Position numbers and translations under genes: made by a program. 64,000 nt of DNA from contig CAWFGE010000016.1 in the NCBI GenBank assembly GCA_963815195.1, positions 96,001 through 160,000 on the forward strand, in the 5' to 3' direction. This stretch comes from an uncultured Planctomycetaceae bacterium (lineage in GTDB: Bacteria; Planctomycetota; Planctomycetia; Planctomycetales; Planctomycetaceae). Positions within the stretch are counted from its first letter, which is position 1. Every line of letters starts with the position of its first letter. The notes beneath the pieces were generated by a model, which saw nothing but the letters and a program-made list of their open reading frames with translations, was not told where the DNA came from and did not search any database. Below, one piece after another: positions 19,318 to 29,794 of the stretch.

Positions 19318-20190
19318 AAAGTACCCGCGGTCGCGCTGGTCGAAGTCTTCGTAGTCGAGCAGGTCGTAAAGCTCTGCGCGGGTTTGGAGATTCTCGAGGA
19401 GCGACCGCTGGGTTCCGTCGGCTTGGATCGCGGCGAGAGTTTGTTGGGCCGACTTCATCGCGGCGCGGAACGCGGTCACGGGAAACAAGACCGCGGCGAA
19501 ACCGAGCTTTCCGAGTTCTTTGGCAGAGAGCAGCGGGCTTTTTCCGAACTCGGTCATGTTGGCGAGGAGCGGAACGGAGATTCCCTCGGCGAACGCGGCG
19601 AACTCGTCTTGAGTTTCCAGGGCTTCGGGGAAGATCCAATCGGCCCCGGCGTCCACGTAGGCTTGGGCGCGGTCGAGAGCGTCTTGGATGCCGGTGACGG
19701 CCCGGGCATCGGTGCGGGCGATGAGGACGAAATTCGGATCCCGCCTTGCCGCCGCCGCCGCTCGGATCTTGGACGCCATCTGTTCCACCGGGACCAAGGT
19801 CTTGCCGCTGAGGTGCCCGCAGCGTTTGGGGAATTGCTGGTCCTCCAGATGCAACCCGGCGAGACCGGCCGATTCATACAGCCGCACGGTGCGCTCCACG
19901 GAGAGGGCCTCGCCGAAACCGGTGTCGGCGTCGGAGAGGATCGGAATCGAAACCGCCTGGGCCAGATACCGGCCCTGCTGGGCGAACTCGGATTGGGTCA
20001 AGAGCCCCACATCGGGAAGCCCCGCCAGCCCCGCGGAGAGCGCGGCTCCCGATTGGTACGCCGCCAGAAAGCCGAGCCGCTCGGCCAGGCGGGCCACCAG
20101 GGCGTTGAACACGCCGGGGATGGGGAGCGGCTTCTGGTTTTCGAGAGCCTGCCGCAACCGAAGTCCTGGCGATGCAATTGGTTCGGGCAT
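19291..20190 (-). CDS. prpB: Methylisocitrate lyase
   Basis: DADTGFG, EDQQFPKRCGH, ARTDA, NMTEFGKSP, LQTRAELYDLL. Confidence 0.9.
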   Translation of the reverse strand: MPEPIASPGLRLRQALENQKPLPIPGVFNALVARLAERLGFLAAYQSGAALSAGLAGLPDVGLLTQSEFAQQGRYLAQAVSIPILSDADTGFGEALSVERTVRLYESAGLAGLHLEDQQFPKRCGHLSGKTLVPVEQMASKIRAAAAARRDPNFVLIARTDARAVTGIQDALDRAQAYVDAGADWIFPEALETQDEFAAFAEGISVPLLANMTEFGKSPLLSAKELGKLGFAAVLFPVTAFRAAMKSAQQTLAAIQADGTQRSLLENLQTRAELYDLLDYEDFDQRDRGYFGDRGASAP

Positions 20191-20477
20191 AAGATCGTCC
20201 TCCGCTCGAATTTGCGGATTTTCGCGCACTTTTTGGAAATGCGGGGATAAAACGCAATCCGCCCTGAAATGTTTCTGGGATCGGTTTGGACGTTTTGCCA
20301 GGGATTTTTTGGACCTCGGGCGTTGAACCCGCTATAATGATTGAGCGTATCGCCTGGACGGTCCGTAAGCCAGCGGAGAGAGAATCATATCAGTTTGGGC
20401 CGATGACCCGAATCGGCAGTTTTCTCGTTAGAGAAAAAGCCGCTCCTATTTTCATCGCATTGCCTGGGTCGTTTTTC

Positions 20478-21780
20478 ATGCCCATTCCCTCGAACACCCC
20501 GTCTTCCACCTATTCCGTCGCTCCCGATGGTGTGGACGAAACGCGCGCCGAGGCTCCCGCGGGAAACGAGACCCGTGCCGAGGGCCCGAAGGAATCGGAA
20601 CATGCGGGCCGGGTTTCGCTGGGGAAATATCGGCTGCTGAAAAAAGTCGGCTCAGGCGGCATGGGGGCCGTGTTCCAGGCGGAAGACACCGAACGCGGGC
20701 GGATCGTGGCGATCAAAATCCTCCCCAGGGACAAAGCCAAGAATCCCACATTGGTCAAGCGATTCAAGGCCGAGGCCCAGGCGGCGGCCAACCTCTCACA
20801 CGACAACATCGTCCAGGTGTACGGGGCCGGCGAAGCGGAAGGCTATCTCTACATTTCGCTGGAATTCATCGACGGCAGCGACGTGCAGGAACTGGTCACG
20901 AAGCACGGCGTGCTCCCCGTCAAGCGTTCGCTCGACATCATCCGACAAATGGGGCGGGCCCTCGACCACACCGGCTCGATGAACCTCGCCCACCGCGACA
21001 TCAAGCCCTCCAACCTGTTGATCCGGCCCGACGGCCTCGTCAAGCTGACCGACCTGGGGCTGGCCCGGTTCATTGACGAGGCGACCGAAACCGGCATCAC
21101 GCGGGCGGGCTACACCGTCGGAACCGTGGATTACATGGCCCCCGAACAGGCCCGCAACAGCAAGGCGGCCGACGTCCGCAGCGATATTTATTCCTTGGGC
21201 TGCTCGTGGTATTTCATGCTCACCGGCCAGCCACCTTATCCCGAAGGCAGCGTGACCAACAAGATCTCGGCCCACGCGCTCAATCCCATTCCCGATCCCC
21301 GACTCATCAACCGGGATGTGCCCGAATCCGTGGTGATGGTGCTCACCCGCATGCTCGCCAAAAAGCCGGAAGACCGCTATCAGACCGCGCGAGCTCCTGG
21401 CGGACCTCAAAGCCGTCGTCCAAAGCCGGGAGAACACCGCCCAGCATCTGCGGGACGCGTTCCGGGATGACGACCTCGCCCCCGCCCGGCCGCGGCGCGG
21501 TTCCCGGCAGAGCGATCGAAACATGCGGGCGCAAACGTCTCCGCGAAAACGCCGATCCCGCAATGAAGGTAAAACCGCGGACAAGAACGGCGGGATCCAA
21601 ATCCAGATTGATCCATTGCGGCTCGTGATTGCGACCTTGGTTCTCGCCGCGGCCATTCTGGGCGTGTGGTGGATCGGCCGGAACTTGTCCGACACCGCGA
21701 ACCCCGAAACGCCCGCCGCGAAAAAAACGCTCACCCCCGAGTCCCGCCCCAGCGCACCGGTCATCAAACCCACGCCGTAG
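20478..21780 (+). CDS. Ser/Thr protein kinase with C-terminal TM helix (frameshift near 21388)
   Basis: GSGGMG, VAIK, HRDIKPSN, DLG, YMAPE. TM segment LVIATLVLAAAILGVWW lies in the downstream frame. Confidence 0.88.
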
Positions 21781-21801
21781 TGCGGCGGAGCGGCTGGCCC
21801 A

Positions 21802-21860
21802 CGTCGCGGCGGCATCTTGCCGCCGAAGATCGATCCCGGCGGCTGGAAACCGCCGCTACG
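21802..21860. repeat. REP-like inverted doublet (CGTAGCGGCGG family)
   Basis: CGTCGCGGCGGCATCTTGCCGCCG and CGGCGGCTGGAAACCGCCGCTACG between convergent genes. Confidence 0.6.
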
Positions 21861-21906
21861 GAAGTTGCGCGCATCGCGCGCGGAAACCACAACCGAAGCT
21901 TCGAAC

Positions 21907-22125
21907 CTATTCGCCGGTCTCTTTCGGGTTGGGCGGTCCGGGACGATTTGTCTCGGGGGTGCCCGGATTTCCTCCCGGCGCTGGAATCGATTCTCCGCCT
22001 TGCTCCTCCGGTTCGGAATCGTACTGCTGCTCCATGTTCACTTGCTGACTCGGCTTGCAGCCGGGCAGGGTGAAGAACATCACCGCCGGGAAAAACAGCC
22101 CGAACATCCACTGTTGTCTTGTCAT
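21907..22125 (-). CDS. Small putative lipoprotein, Pro/Gly/Glu-rich
   Basis: Hydrophobic leader ending LPGC, followed by a disordered tail. Confidence 0.55.
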   Translation of the reverse strand: MTRQQWMFGLFFPAVMFFTLPGCKPSQQVNMEQQYDSEPEEQGGESIPAPGGNPGTPETNRPGPPNPKETGE

Positions 22126-22286
22126 TGCGGTTCTCCCATATTGAGGGTCTTTTTTGATTTTATCATAATTGTCCTGGAGGGGCATCGTCATCGGGTGACT
22201 TGATGGTGAAGCCCCGGGAAAAAATCGGAGCCGGCGGCAAGGGCATTTCCCAAGGCTGCCGGTCGACCTGGAAGGCGGAGGGCCCC

Positions 22287-23216
22287 ATGCCGCGAATCGC
22301 CACTTTAACGTTGAACCCGACCGTCGACAAAAGCTGCGAAGTCGAGCAAGTCGTTCCCGAGCGCAAGCTCCGATGCGGCCCGCCGACTTTTGACCCGGGC
22401 GGCGGCGGCATCAAGGTCGCCCGCGCCGTCAACCACTTGGGCGGCGAAGCGGTCGCCTTGTGGACGTGTGGCGGCGCGATCGGGGAACTGCTCAAGAGCC
22501 TGTTGGATGCGGAGGGCATCCCCAACGAGCCGATCCCCATAAAGGAGATGACCCGCGAGAACCTGATCGTGTTCGAGAATTCGAGCGGCCAGCAATTCCG
22601 TTTCGGCATGCCGGGCGCGGCACTCGCGGACGCGGAGATTCAGGATTGTCTCAATCGGCTCAAGGCCTGGGATCCGCCGCCGGATTACCTGGTGCTCAGC
22701 GGCAGTTTGCCGCCCGGCGTGGATGAGCACATCTATGCCCGCGCGGCCGAGTGCATGCCCGCGACGTGCCGGGTCGTCTTGGACACCAGCGGCCACCCGC
22801 TCCGCTGCGGGCTCAACACGCGGGCGTTTTTGATCAAGCCCAACATGGACGAACTCGCGGAACTGGCGGGCCATCCCATCGAGGGCGATCCGCAAATCCG
22901 CGACGTCGCCCGGTCGCTGATCGACGAAGGGAAAACCGAGGTCGTGGTGACCTCCTTGGGTTCCGGCGGCGCGGTCTTGACCACGGCGGAGGCCCAAGAG
23001 CACATCCGCGCTCCCACCGTCCAAATCCGCAGCAAAGTCGGAGCGGGCGACTCCACGGTCGCCGGGATTGTGCTGGCCCTCTCGCGGGGCGAGCCTTTGA
23101 ACAACGCGGTTCGCTTCGGCGTGGCCGCTGGAGCCGCCGCCGTGATGACCGACGGCACCGAACTTTGCCGCCGCGACGACACCGAACGCCTCTATCGGCA
23201 ATTGCTCCAGGGCTGA
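22287..23216 (+). CDS. pfkB: 1-phosphofructokinase family hexose kinase (PfkB)
   Basis: TLTLNPTVD, PGGGG, LSGSLPPG, KPN, VGAGDS. Confidence 0.9.
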   Translation: MPRIATLTLNPTVDKSCEVEQVVPERKLRCGPPTFDPGGGGIKVARAVNHLGGEAVALWTCGGAIGELLKSLLDAEGIPNEPIPIKEMTRENLIVFENSSGQQFRFGMPGAALADAEIQDCLNRLKAWDPPPDYLVLSGSLPPGVDEHIYARAAECMPATCRVVLDTSGHPLRCGLNTRAFLIKPNMDELAELAGHPIEGDPQIRDVARSLIDEGKTEVVVTSLGSGGAVLTTAEAQEHIRAPTVQIRSKVGAGDSTVAGIVLALSRGEPLNNAVRFGVAAGAAAVMTDGTELCRRDDTERLYRQLLQG

Positions 23217-23305
23217 AGCTCGGCGACGCACTGGCTGGGATCGGCGGAATTTGATACGATCGATCAATTGAATCTTCAGCACTTTTCTCATGGCTTGGTG
23301 AGTTT

Positions 23306-24643
23306 ATGAAGTCCCCCGGCAGGCAGGTTTTACTAGCGCTTGGAGTCTTGGCGGTTGCGATTTGGCTGTTGCGCGTGGACCAAGAGCCCACAACTCAGAC
23401 ATCGGCCGCGGAGACGCTCGAAGCCAAGGGGTCCCTGAAATGGTATCGTGGGAATATCCACACGCATTCGCTGTGGAGTGACGGGGACGATTACCCGGAG
23501 ATGATCGCCGCCTGGTACAAAGAGCACGGCTACCAGTTTCTGGCCTTCACCGATCACAATATTCTGCACACCACCGAACGCTGGACCGACGTGGAGCGCA
23601 ACAAAGGCAAACGCCGGGCCTACGACAAACTGAAAGCCAAGTTCGGCGACTGGGTGGACGAGCGCGAAAAGGACGGCCGGCTGGAAGTCCGGCTCAAACG
23701 GTTCGACGAAGTCCGCGGCCGACTCGCGGAACCGGGGCGGTTTTTGCTGATTCAAGGCGAAGAAATCTCCGACCGCTTCGGCCAACTGCCCATCCACCTC
23801 AACACGACGAACGTCAAGGAACTGGTTCCCCCCATGCGCGGGAAGAGCGTGGCGGACACGATCCAGAACAACGTCAACGCGGTCAACGCCCAGCGCGAAC
23901 GCACCGGGCAGCCGATGATCGTGCACCTCAATCACCCCAACTTCGGCTACGCCGTGACCGCCGAGGACTTGATGGGAATCGAGGGTGATAAATTTTTTGA
24001 GGTCTACAACGGACACCCCGGCGTGCACAATTCGGGGAACGCCGAGCACGCCTCCACGGAACGCCTGTGGGACATCGTGCTCGCCAAGCGGTTGGGCGAA
24101 CTGAAACTGCCGGTGATGTTCGGCCTCGCCACGGATGATGGGCACAACTACCACAACATCCCCAGCCGGGGCAGCGAGCCGGGCCGGGGTTGGATCATGG
24201 TTCTCGCCGACGACCTCGCCCCGGAACGGCTGATTCAAGCGATGGAAGCCGGCCGGTTTTTTGCCTCGTCGGGCGTGGCGCTCGCGAAAGTCGAGTCGTC
24301 TCCCAAAGGGCTCAAAGTCCAGGTAGAGCCGGAAGAAGGCGTGACCTATACGATCGACTTTCTGGGAACCAAACAGTCGGCCAATCTTCAGGGAGAGCCG
24401 GTGCTCGATAAGGACGGCAAACCCGTCCGGGCGACGCGGATTTATAGCGACGCCATCGGCCAGGTGTTCGCGAGCGTCCAAGGCACGGAGGCGGCTTACG
24501 AGTTCGAAGGCGACGAGCTCTATGTCCGCGCCCGCGTGACTTCGTCCAAGAAGCACCCGAACCCCTCGGAGCCGGGCGAATACGAACGCGCCTGGACGCA
24601 GCCCGCCGTCGGTCCGGCCGTGCCCGCGAGCAAAACGCGGTAG
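23306..24643 (+). CDS. Exported PHP-domain metallohydrolase
   Basis: GNIHTHSLWSDG, TDHN, NHP, TDDGH. Confidence 0.85.
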   Translation: MKSPGRQVLLALGVLAVAIWLLRVDQEPTTQTSAAETLEAKGSLKWYRGNIHTHSLWSDGDDYPEMIAAWYKEHGYQFLAFTDHNILHTTERWTDVERNKGKRRAYDKLKAKFGDWVDEREKDGRLEVRLKRFDEVRGRLAEPGRFLLIQGEEISDRFGQLPIHLNTTNVKELVPPMRGKSVADTIQNNVNAVNAQRERTGQPMIVHLNHPNFGYAVTAEDLMGIEGDKFFEVYNGHPGVHNSGNAEHASTERLWDIVLAKRLGELKLPVMFGLATDDGHNYHNIPSRGSEPGRGWIMVLADDLAPERLIQAMEAGRFFASSGVALAKVESSPKGLKVQVEPEEGVTYTIDFLGTKQSANLQGEPVLDKDGKPVRATRIYSDAIGQVFASVQGTEAAYEFEGDELYVRARVTSSKKHPNPSEPGEYERAWTQPAVGPAVPASKTR

Positions 24644-27600
24644 ATGAGCGCGCGCAGCTTTGTGCGTTTTCTGGTGGAAATCCCAAGCACGAAATCCGAA
24701 ATCCGAGACAAATCCAAAATCCCAATGCCCCAAACAGCCCCCTCCATCCGTAACGCACATCCGACGCGCCGGGTTTTGAAATTGGAATTTCGGCCATTCG
24801 GATTTGTTTCGGATTTCGAGATTCGGATTTCGGATTTTCTGATCTGTCTCCTCTGCCTTGTTCCGCTGGCAGCCAACGCCGCCGAGCAGCCGGCGATTTC
24901 TTCTGAAGCCCGCGAGTTTTTTGAGAAGTCCGTCCGCCCGATCCTGGCGAATCACTGCTACAAATGCCACGGCCCCAAGAAGCAAAAGGGCGATTTGCGG
25001 TTGGACTCCCGCGCGGCGATCCTCGCCGGCGGCCAAACGGGACCGGCGATGACGCCCGGAAAGCCCGAGGACAGCGAACTCGTCCTGGCGATCAGCTATG
25101 ACCCGTCCGGCTATCAAATGCCTCCCACCGGCAAGCTCGACGACGATCAAATCGCCGCGATAACGAAATGGGTGAAAATGGGCGCTCCCTGGCCGGGAGA
25201 TTCGAAATCGATTCCCAAGCCGGGCGAGGAACCGGGCATCGATCTCGCCGAGCGTGCGCAGCATTGGTCGTTTCAGACCGTCGATCGGCCGGAAGTCCCG
25301 CAAACCCAAAACCAACCTTGGGCGAGAAATCCGATCGATCGATTCATCGCGGCCCGACTCGAAGCCGCCGGCCTCGAGCCCGCCCCGGAAACCGATCGGC
25401 GAACGTGGCTGAGGCGCGTGAGCTATGACCTTATCGGTTTGCCGCCCACGCCCGAAGAGGTGCAACAATTTTTGCGAGATGATTCCCCGGACGCGCACCA
25501 AAAAGTTGTCGACCGCTTGTTGGCGTCGCCCGCCTATGGAGAACGCTGGGCAAGGCATTGGCTCGATCTCGTTCGCTACGCGGAAACTGCGGGCCACGAG
25601 TTCGATTATGAGATCGAGTATTCCGCGCCCTATCGGGACTACATGGTCCGCGCTTTGAATGCCGATGTTCCCTTTCGCCAACTCATCCTGGAGCACATCG
25701 CCGGCGATTTGTTGCCCAGCCCGCGCCGGCATCCGGCCACGAACAGCAACGAGTCGATCGTCGGCACGGGGTTTTACTGGTTCGGGCAGGGAAAGCATTC
25801 GCCCGTGGATATCCGCGCGGAAGAATGCGACTGTATGGACAACCAGATCGATGTCCTGGGAAAAACCTTTCTCGGGCTGACGATCGCCTGCGCTCGCTGC
25901 CACGATCATAAGTTCGATCCGATCACCACAACCGATTACTACGCCATCTCCGGTTTTCTGCAAAGTTCTCGCCGGCAGCATGCTTTCATCGATCCCTCCG
26001 AACCCGTCGAGAAAATTGTCGCGGAGATCGACGACATCCAGAAACGGCAAAGCCAACTTGTCGCAAACGCCGCGGCGAAACACGCGGCATTGACGCATGA
26101 CGTTCTCGACCGCGTGTTAAAAGAATCCCGCGAGCCGGCGCGCAAAGACCCGTCGCACCCGCTTCATGCTTGGGCCGTCCTGGCGGAAAAAAACGGCACC
26201 GATGAATTTCAATCCACAAAAAACAATCTCGCTCGGCAACAACAGAGCTTAGGCGCGTCTTCTGAATCTTTTGAAGTCATCGCCGATTTTACTCCGGCAA
26301 ACTTGAGCCAGTGGAAGCACACGGGCCAGGCCTTTCCGGCCGGAACGATTCCCGCAGGCAGGCTTTCGACGAAGGCGGATCGCGTCGAGATTCTTTTGCC
26401 CGACACGGCTCACAGCGGCGTTTACGCGAAGCGGCTCCAAGGCGTTCTGCGCTCGCCCACGTTTTCCATCTCCAAACGGTATATTCATTACCGCATGCAC
26501 CGCGTGGGAGGACGACCCAATCCCGGGCGGGCGACGAAAAACGGCCAGGTGCATTTGATCGTCGATGGCTTTCAATTCATCAAGAACCCGCTTTACGGCC
26601 AGTTGACCATCAATGTCCAACAGGAAGATGCATTTCGCTGGTATCGCCAGGACCTGGAAAAGTTTGGCGGAGCCAATGCCTATATCGAAATCCAAGACGA
26701 GGACGACGGCTATCTTGTCGTGGACCGGATCGTGTCCTCCGATTCGCCGGAAACTCCGCAAGAGGGAAACTCGCTGGTCTGGGCTTTATTGAAAGACCCG
26801 CAAATTGCAACGCCCGCCGAGCTGAAAGCGGGGCTTCACCGGTTGTTGAACGAATCTCTCCGGTGTTGGAAGACGGGCGAATGGCCCGCGGATTCGCATC
26901 CGCGCGAACGTGCCGAACTTCTGAATCCTGTCCTTCAAGCGATTTCCCTGCGGGAGCTTTTGACGGAAGAACAGCAAGCGGAATTCGCCGCGCTCCACGA
27001 ACGGCTCAAAGGGCTCGATCAATCGATTCCGGAGCCGCGCCGGGCGGTGGCGATGGCGGACGGAACCGGCGAAGACGCCCGCGTCCTGATTCGCGGAAAC
27101 CACAAAAAGCCTGGAAAACAAGCCCCCCGGCGGTTCTTGGAGGTGTTTTGGCAAGAGGAGCCGCCGCCGAAATACACCGGGAGCGGCCGGCTGGATCTGG
27201 CCCGCCGAATTGCGAATCCCGAGAACCCGCTGACGGCCCGCGTGCTGGTCAATCGGTTGTGGCTGCATCATTTCGGGCGGGGCATCGTCGCCACGCCGGA
27301 CGACTTCGGCAAGATGGGACAACCGCCCACGCACCCCGAACTCCTGGATTGGCTCGCGGCCGAGTTTATAAAAAGCCGCTGGTCGATTAAGCACATGCAT
27401 CGCTTGATGGTTCTGTCGAGCACCTACCGCATGTCGAGCCGGCTTGAGGTCTCGGCCGAAAAACCTTCGCAGCCCGATCCCGAGCGCGTGGATCCCGGCA
27501 ATCGCTTGTGGCACCGCATGCCAGTGCAGCGGCTCGAAGGGGAGATCATCCGCGACGCGATCCTGGCGATTTCGGGACGGCTCGACCGCCGCATGGAAGG

Positions 27601-28075
27601 CCCGAGCGTGCCGCCGTATCTAACGCCTTTCATGGAAGGCCGAGGCCGGCCCGGCCGCTCCGGTCCGCTCGACAGCGACGGCCGGCGGAGCCTTTATATC
27701 AACGTCCGCAGGAATTTTCTCACGCCGATGTTTCTCGCCTTCGATTACCCCACGCCGTTCACCACGATGGGCCGGCGGAGCGTCTCCAACGTTCCGGCTC
27801 AAGCGCTCACGATGATGAACAATCCCTTTGTAATCGAGCAGGCGCAGACCTGGGCGAACCGCGTGCTCGCCGAGACTCATCCAGATTCCGCGAGCCGCAT
27901 CCGCCGGCTTTACGAAACGGCCTACACCCGGCCGCCCACAAAAAAGGAACTCGCCGCAGCGCTCGAATTTCTCGACACGCAGGGAAAAGAATACACGGGC
28001 CCCGATGATCCCCGCACCTGGGCCGATCTGTGTCATGTGTTAATGAACGTGAAGGAATTCGTTTTTGTGAATTGA
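24644..28075 (+). CDS. Planctomycete cytochrome c / DUF1549 / DUF1553 protein
   Basis: CYKCH, RNPIDRFI, YGERWARHWLDLVRY, CARCHDHKFDP, NPLTARVLVNRLW. Confidence 0.93.
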   Translation: MSARSFVRFLVEIPSTKSEIRDKSKIPMPQTAPSIRNAHPTRRVLKLEFRPFGFVSDFEIRISDFLICLLCLVPLAANAAEQPAISSEAREFFEKSVRPILANHCYKCHGPKKQKGDLRLDSRAAILAGGQTGPAMTPGKPEDSELVLAISYDPSGYQMPPTGKLDDDQIAAITKWVKMGAPWPGDSKSIPKPGEEPGIDLAERAQHWSFQTVDRPEVPQTQNQPWARNPIDRFIAARLEAAGLEPAPETDRRTWLRRVSYDLIGLPPTPEEVQQFLRDDSPDAHQKVVDRLLASPAYGERWARHWLDLVRYAETAGHEFDYEIEYSAPYRDYMVRALNADVPFRQLILEHIAGDLLPSPRRHPATNSNESIVGTGFYWFGQGKHSPVDIRAEECDCMDNQIDVLGKTFLGLTIACARCHDHKFDPITTTDYYAISGFLQSSRRQHAFIDPSEPVEKIVAEIDDIQKRQSQLVANAAAKHAALTHDVLDRVLKESREPARKDPSHPLHAWAVLAEKNGTDEFQSTKNNLARQQQSLGASSESFEVIADFTPANLSQWKHTGQAFPAGTIPAGRLSTKADRVEILLPDTAHSGVYAKRLQGVLRSPTFSISKRYIHYRMHRVGGRPNPGRATKNGQVHLIVDGFQFIKNPLYGQLTINVQQEDAFRWYRQDLEKFGGANAYIEIQDEDDGYLVVDRIVSSDSPETPQEGNSLVWALLKDPQIATPAELKAGLHRLLNESLRCWKTGEWPADSHPRERAELLNPVLQAISLRELLTEEQQAEFAALHERLKGLDQSIPEPRRAVAMADGTGEDARVLIRGNHKKPGKQAPRRFLEVFWQEEPPPKYTGSGRLDLARRIANPENPLTARVLVNRLWLHHFGRGIVATPDDFGKMGQPPTHPELLDWLAAEFIKSRWSIKHMHRLMVLSSTYRMSSRLEVSAEKPSQPDPERVDPGNRLWHRMPVQRLEGEIIRDAILAISGRLDRRMEGPSVPPYLTPFMEGRGRPGRSGPLDSDGRRSLYINVRRNFLTPMFLAFDYPTPFTTMGRRSVSNVPAQALTMMNNPFVIEQAQTWANRVLAETHPDSASRIRRLYETAYTRPPTKKELAAALEFLDTQGKEYTGPDDPRTWADLCHVLMNVKEFVFVN
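24677..24838. repeat. 162-bp palindromic AAATCCG-heptad element copy 1, in frame inside a signal peptide
   Basis: GAAATCCCAAGCACGAAATCCG...CGGATTTCGGATTTT; homologous to 29610-29763 and 47592-47743. Confidence 0.85.
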
Positions 28076-28126
28076 GCGAACGTTATACGCCACATTGTTC
28101 CTGGTTTCTTATCAATCGAATCGTCT

Positions 28127-29554
28127 ATGCATTGCCAGCGTTTTTTGGATCGTCCGCGAAGTCGGCGGGAGATGTTGTTGCAGGCGGCCAATGGCTTTGG
28201 AGCCGTCGCTATGGCTGCGCTCATGGCGGAAGCGGATTACGGGAAAGTCCTCGCCCAGACGGGGCCGATGGATGCCAAGGCCCCGATGTATCGCGCGCGG
28301 GCGAAGAACGTGATCTTCCTCTATATGGACGGCGGCCCGTCGCAGATGGATACGTTCGATCCCAAGCCTCGCCTGGACCGCGAGCACGGCCGGCCCATTC
28401 AAACCAAGGTCCAGCCCACGCAGTTCGACAACGTGGGCAAGGTCCTCAAGTCGCCCTGGAAGTTCCGCCGGCATGGGGAGAGCGGAATCCCCGTGAGCGA
28501 ACTCTTCCCGCACGTGGCCGGGTGCGTCGACGATCTGTGCATTATCCGCTCGATGACCTCGGCGTTCTCCGAACATACGAACGCCAACTATTTCCTGCAC
28601 ACAGGGCATGGTCTCCAGGGCCGGCCGAGCATGGGGGCGTGGGTGACCTATGGCCTTGGTTCCGAATGCCAAAACCTGCCCGGGTTCGTCGTGCTCAACG
28701 GGGGATTGATTCCGCCCGGCGGATTGGATTGCTTTCACAACGGGTTCCTGCCCGCGACGTTTCAGGGTTCGATCTTCAAGCAGGGGGCCCAGCCTGTCGC
28801 CGACCTCAACCGGTCCGAAAAATCGTCCGACCTCCAGCGCCGGAAGCTGGAACTCATGCATCGGCTGGACGCGGGCGTCCTGGGGCGAATGGGCCGGCAC
28901 GATCAACTCGAGTCGGCGATCCAAAACTACGAACTCGCCTACCAGATGCAAACCGCCGTCCCCGGTTTGATGGACATTCATCAGGAATCTAAAGCGACGC
29001 AGAGGCTTTATGGATTGGATGCCGACTTTCCGCAGACGCGAACCTACGGCCATCAATGCCTGGTCGCCCGGCGGCTCGTCGAGCGCGGCGTGCGGTTCAT
29101 CGAACTCACCTGCCCGCAGGTGCGCGGCGACCGCTGGGATCAGCACAGTAACCTAAAAGACGGCCACACGCACAATGCGCTCGCCGTCGATCAACCCATC
29201 TCCGCCCTCCTAAAAGATCTGAAGTCCCGCGGCCTCTTGGACGAGACGCTCGTGATCTGGGCGGGAGAATTCGGCCGGACGCCGATGGCCCAGGGCACCG
29301 ACGGCCGGGACCATAACCCGTTCGGCTACACGATCTGGATGGCCGGCGGCGGCATCCGCGGGGGAATGATTTACGGAGCCACCGACGACTACGGCTACTA
29401 TGCCGTCGAGAACAAGCTGGAAATCTACGACCTCCACGCCACGATGCTCGCCGCGTTAGGGATCGAGCATACGAAGCTCACCGTGCGCTTCAGCGGCCGC
29501 GACATGCGGCTGACCGATGTGCATGGGCACGTGGTCGAAGAGATTTTCGTTTGA
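28127..29554 (+). CDS. DUF1501 domain protein (Tat-type signal)
   Basis: SRREMLL, FLYMDGGPSQMDTFDPKP, WDQH, GEFGRTP, GRDHNP. Confidence 0.93.
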   Translation: MHCQRFLDRPRSRREMLLQAANGFGAVAMAALMAEADYGKVLAQTGPMDAKAPMYRARAKNVIFLYMDGGPSQMDTFDPKPRLDREHGRPIQTKVQPTQFDNVGKVLKSPWKFRRHGESGIPVSELFPHVAGCVDDLCIIRSMTSAFSEHTNANYFLHTGHGLQGRPSMGAWVTYGLGSECQNLPGFVVLNGGLIPPGGLDCFHNGFLPATFQGSIFKQGAQPVADLNRSEKSSDLQRRKLELMHRLDAGVLGRMGRHDQLESAIQNYELAYQMQTAVPGLMDIHQESKATQRLYGLDADFPQTRTYGHQCLVARRLVERGVRFIELTCPQVRGDRWDQHSNLKDGHTHNALAVDQPISALLKDLKSRGLLDETLVIWAGEFGRTPMAQGTDGRDHNPFGYTIWMAGGGIRGGMIYGATDDYGYYAVENKLEIYDLHATMLAALGIEHTKLTVRFSGRDMRLTDVHGHVVEEIFV

Positions 29555-29609
29555 TCGTCCGCACATTTTCATGCCGATTGCGAAGGTGGAAGCTTAGATT
29601 CGGGCTGGT

Positions 29610-29763
29610 AAATCCGAAATCCGAATCTCGAAATCCGAAACAAATCCCAATGGCCGAAATTCAAATATCCAAACCGGGCGAGTCGAGTGTGCTTTATGAA
29701 TCGGGGATTCGTTTGGGACATTAGGATTTTGAATTTGTTTCGGATTTCGTGCTTTGGATTTTC
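29610..29763. repeat. AAATCCG-heptad palindromic element copy 2 (opposite orientation to copy 1)
   Basis: Aligns end to end with the reverse complement of 24677-24838, including the central loop. Confidence 0.85.
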
Positions 29764-29794
29764 GCCAAGAACTCGCAAACTTGTGTACGCGGAT

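Noticed and set aside
23333..26098. 921-aa minus-strand ORF (also 17137..19302, 57747..59342, 60285..61766, 5561..6946 and similar)
   Set aside because: Antisense shadows of well-supported genes in GC-rich DNA, with no motifs.
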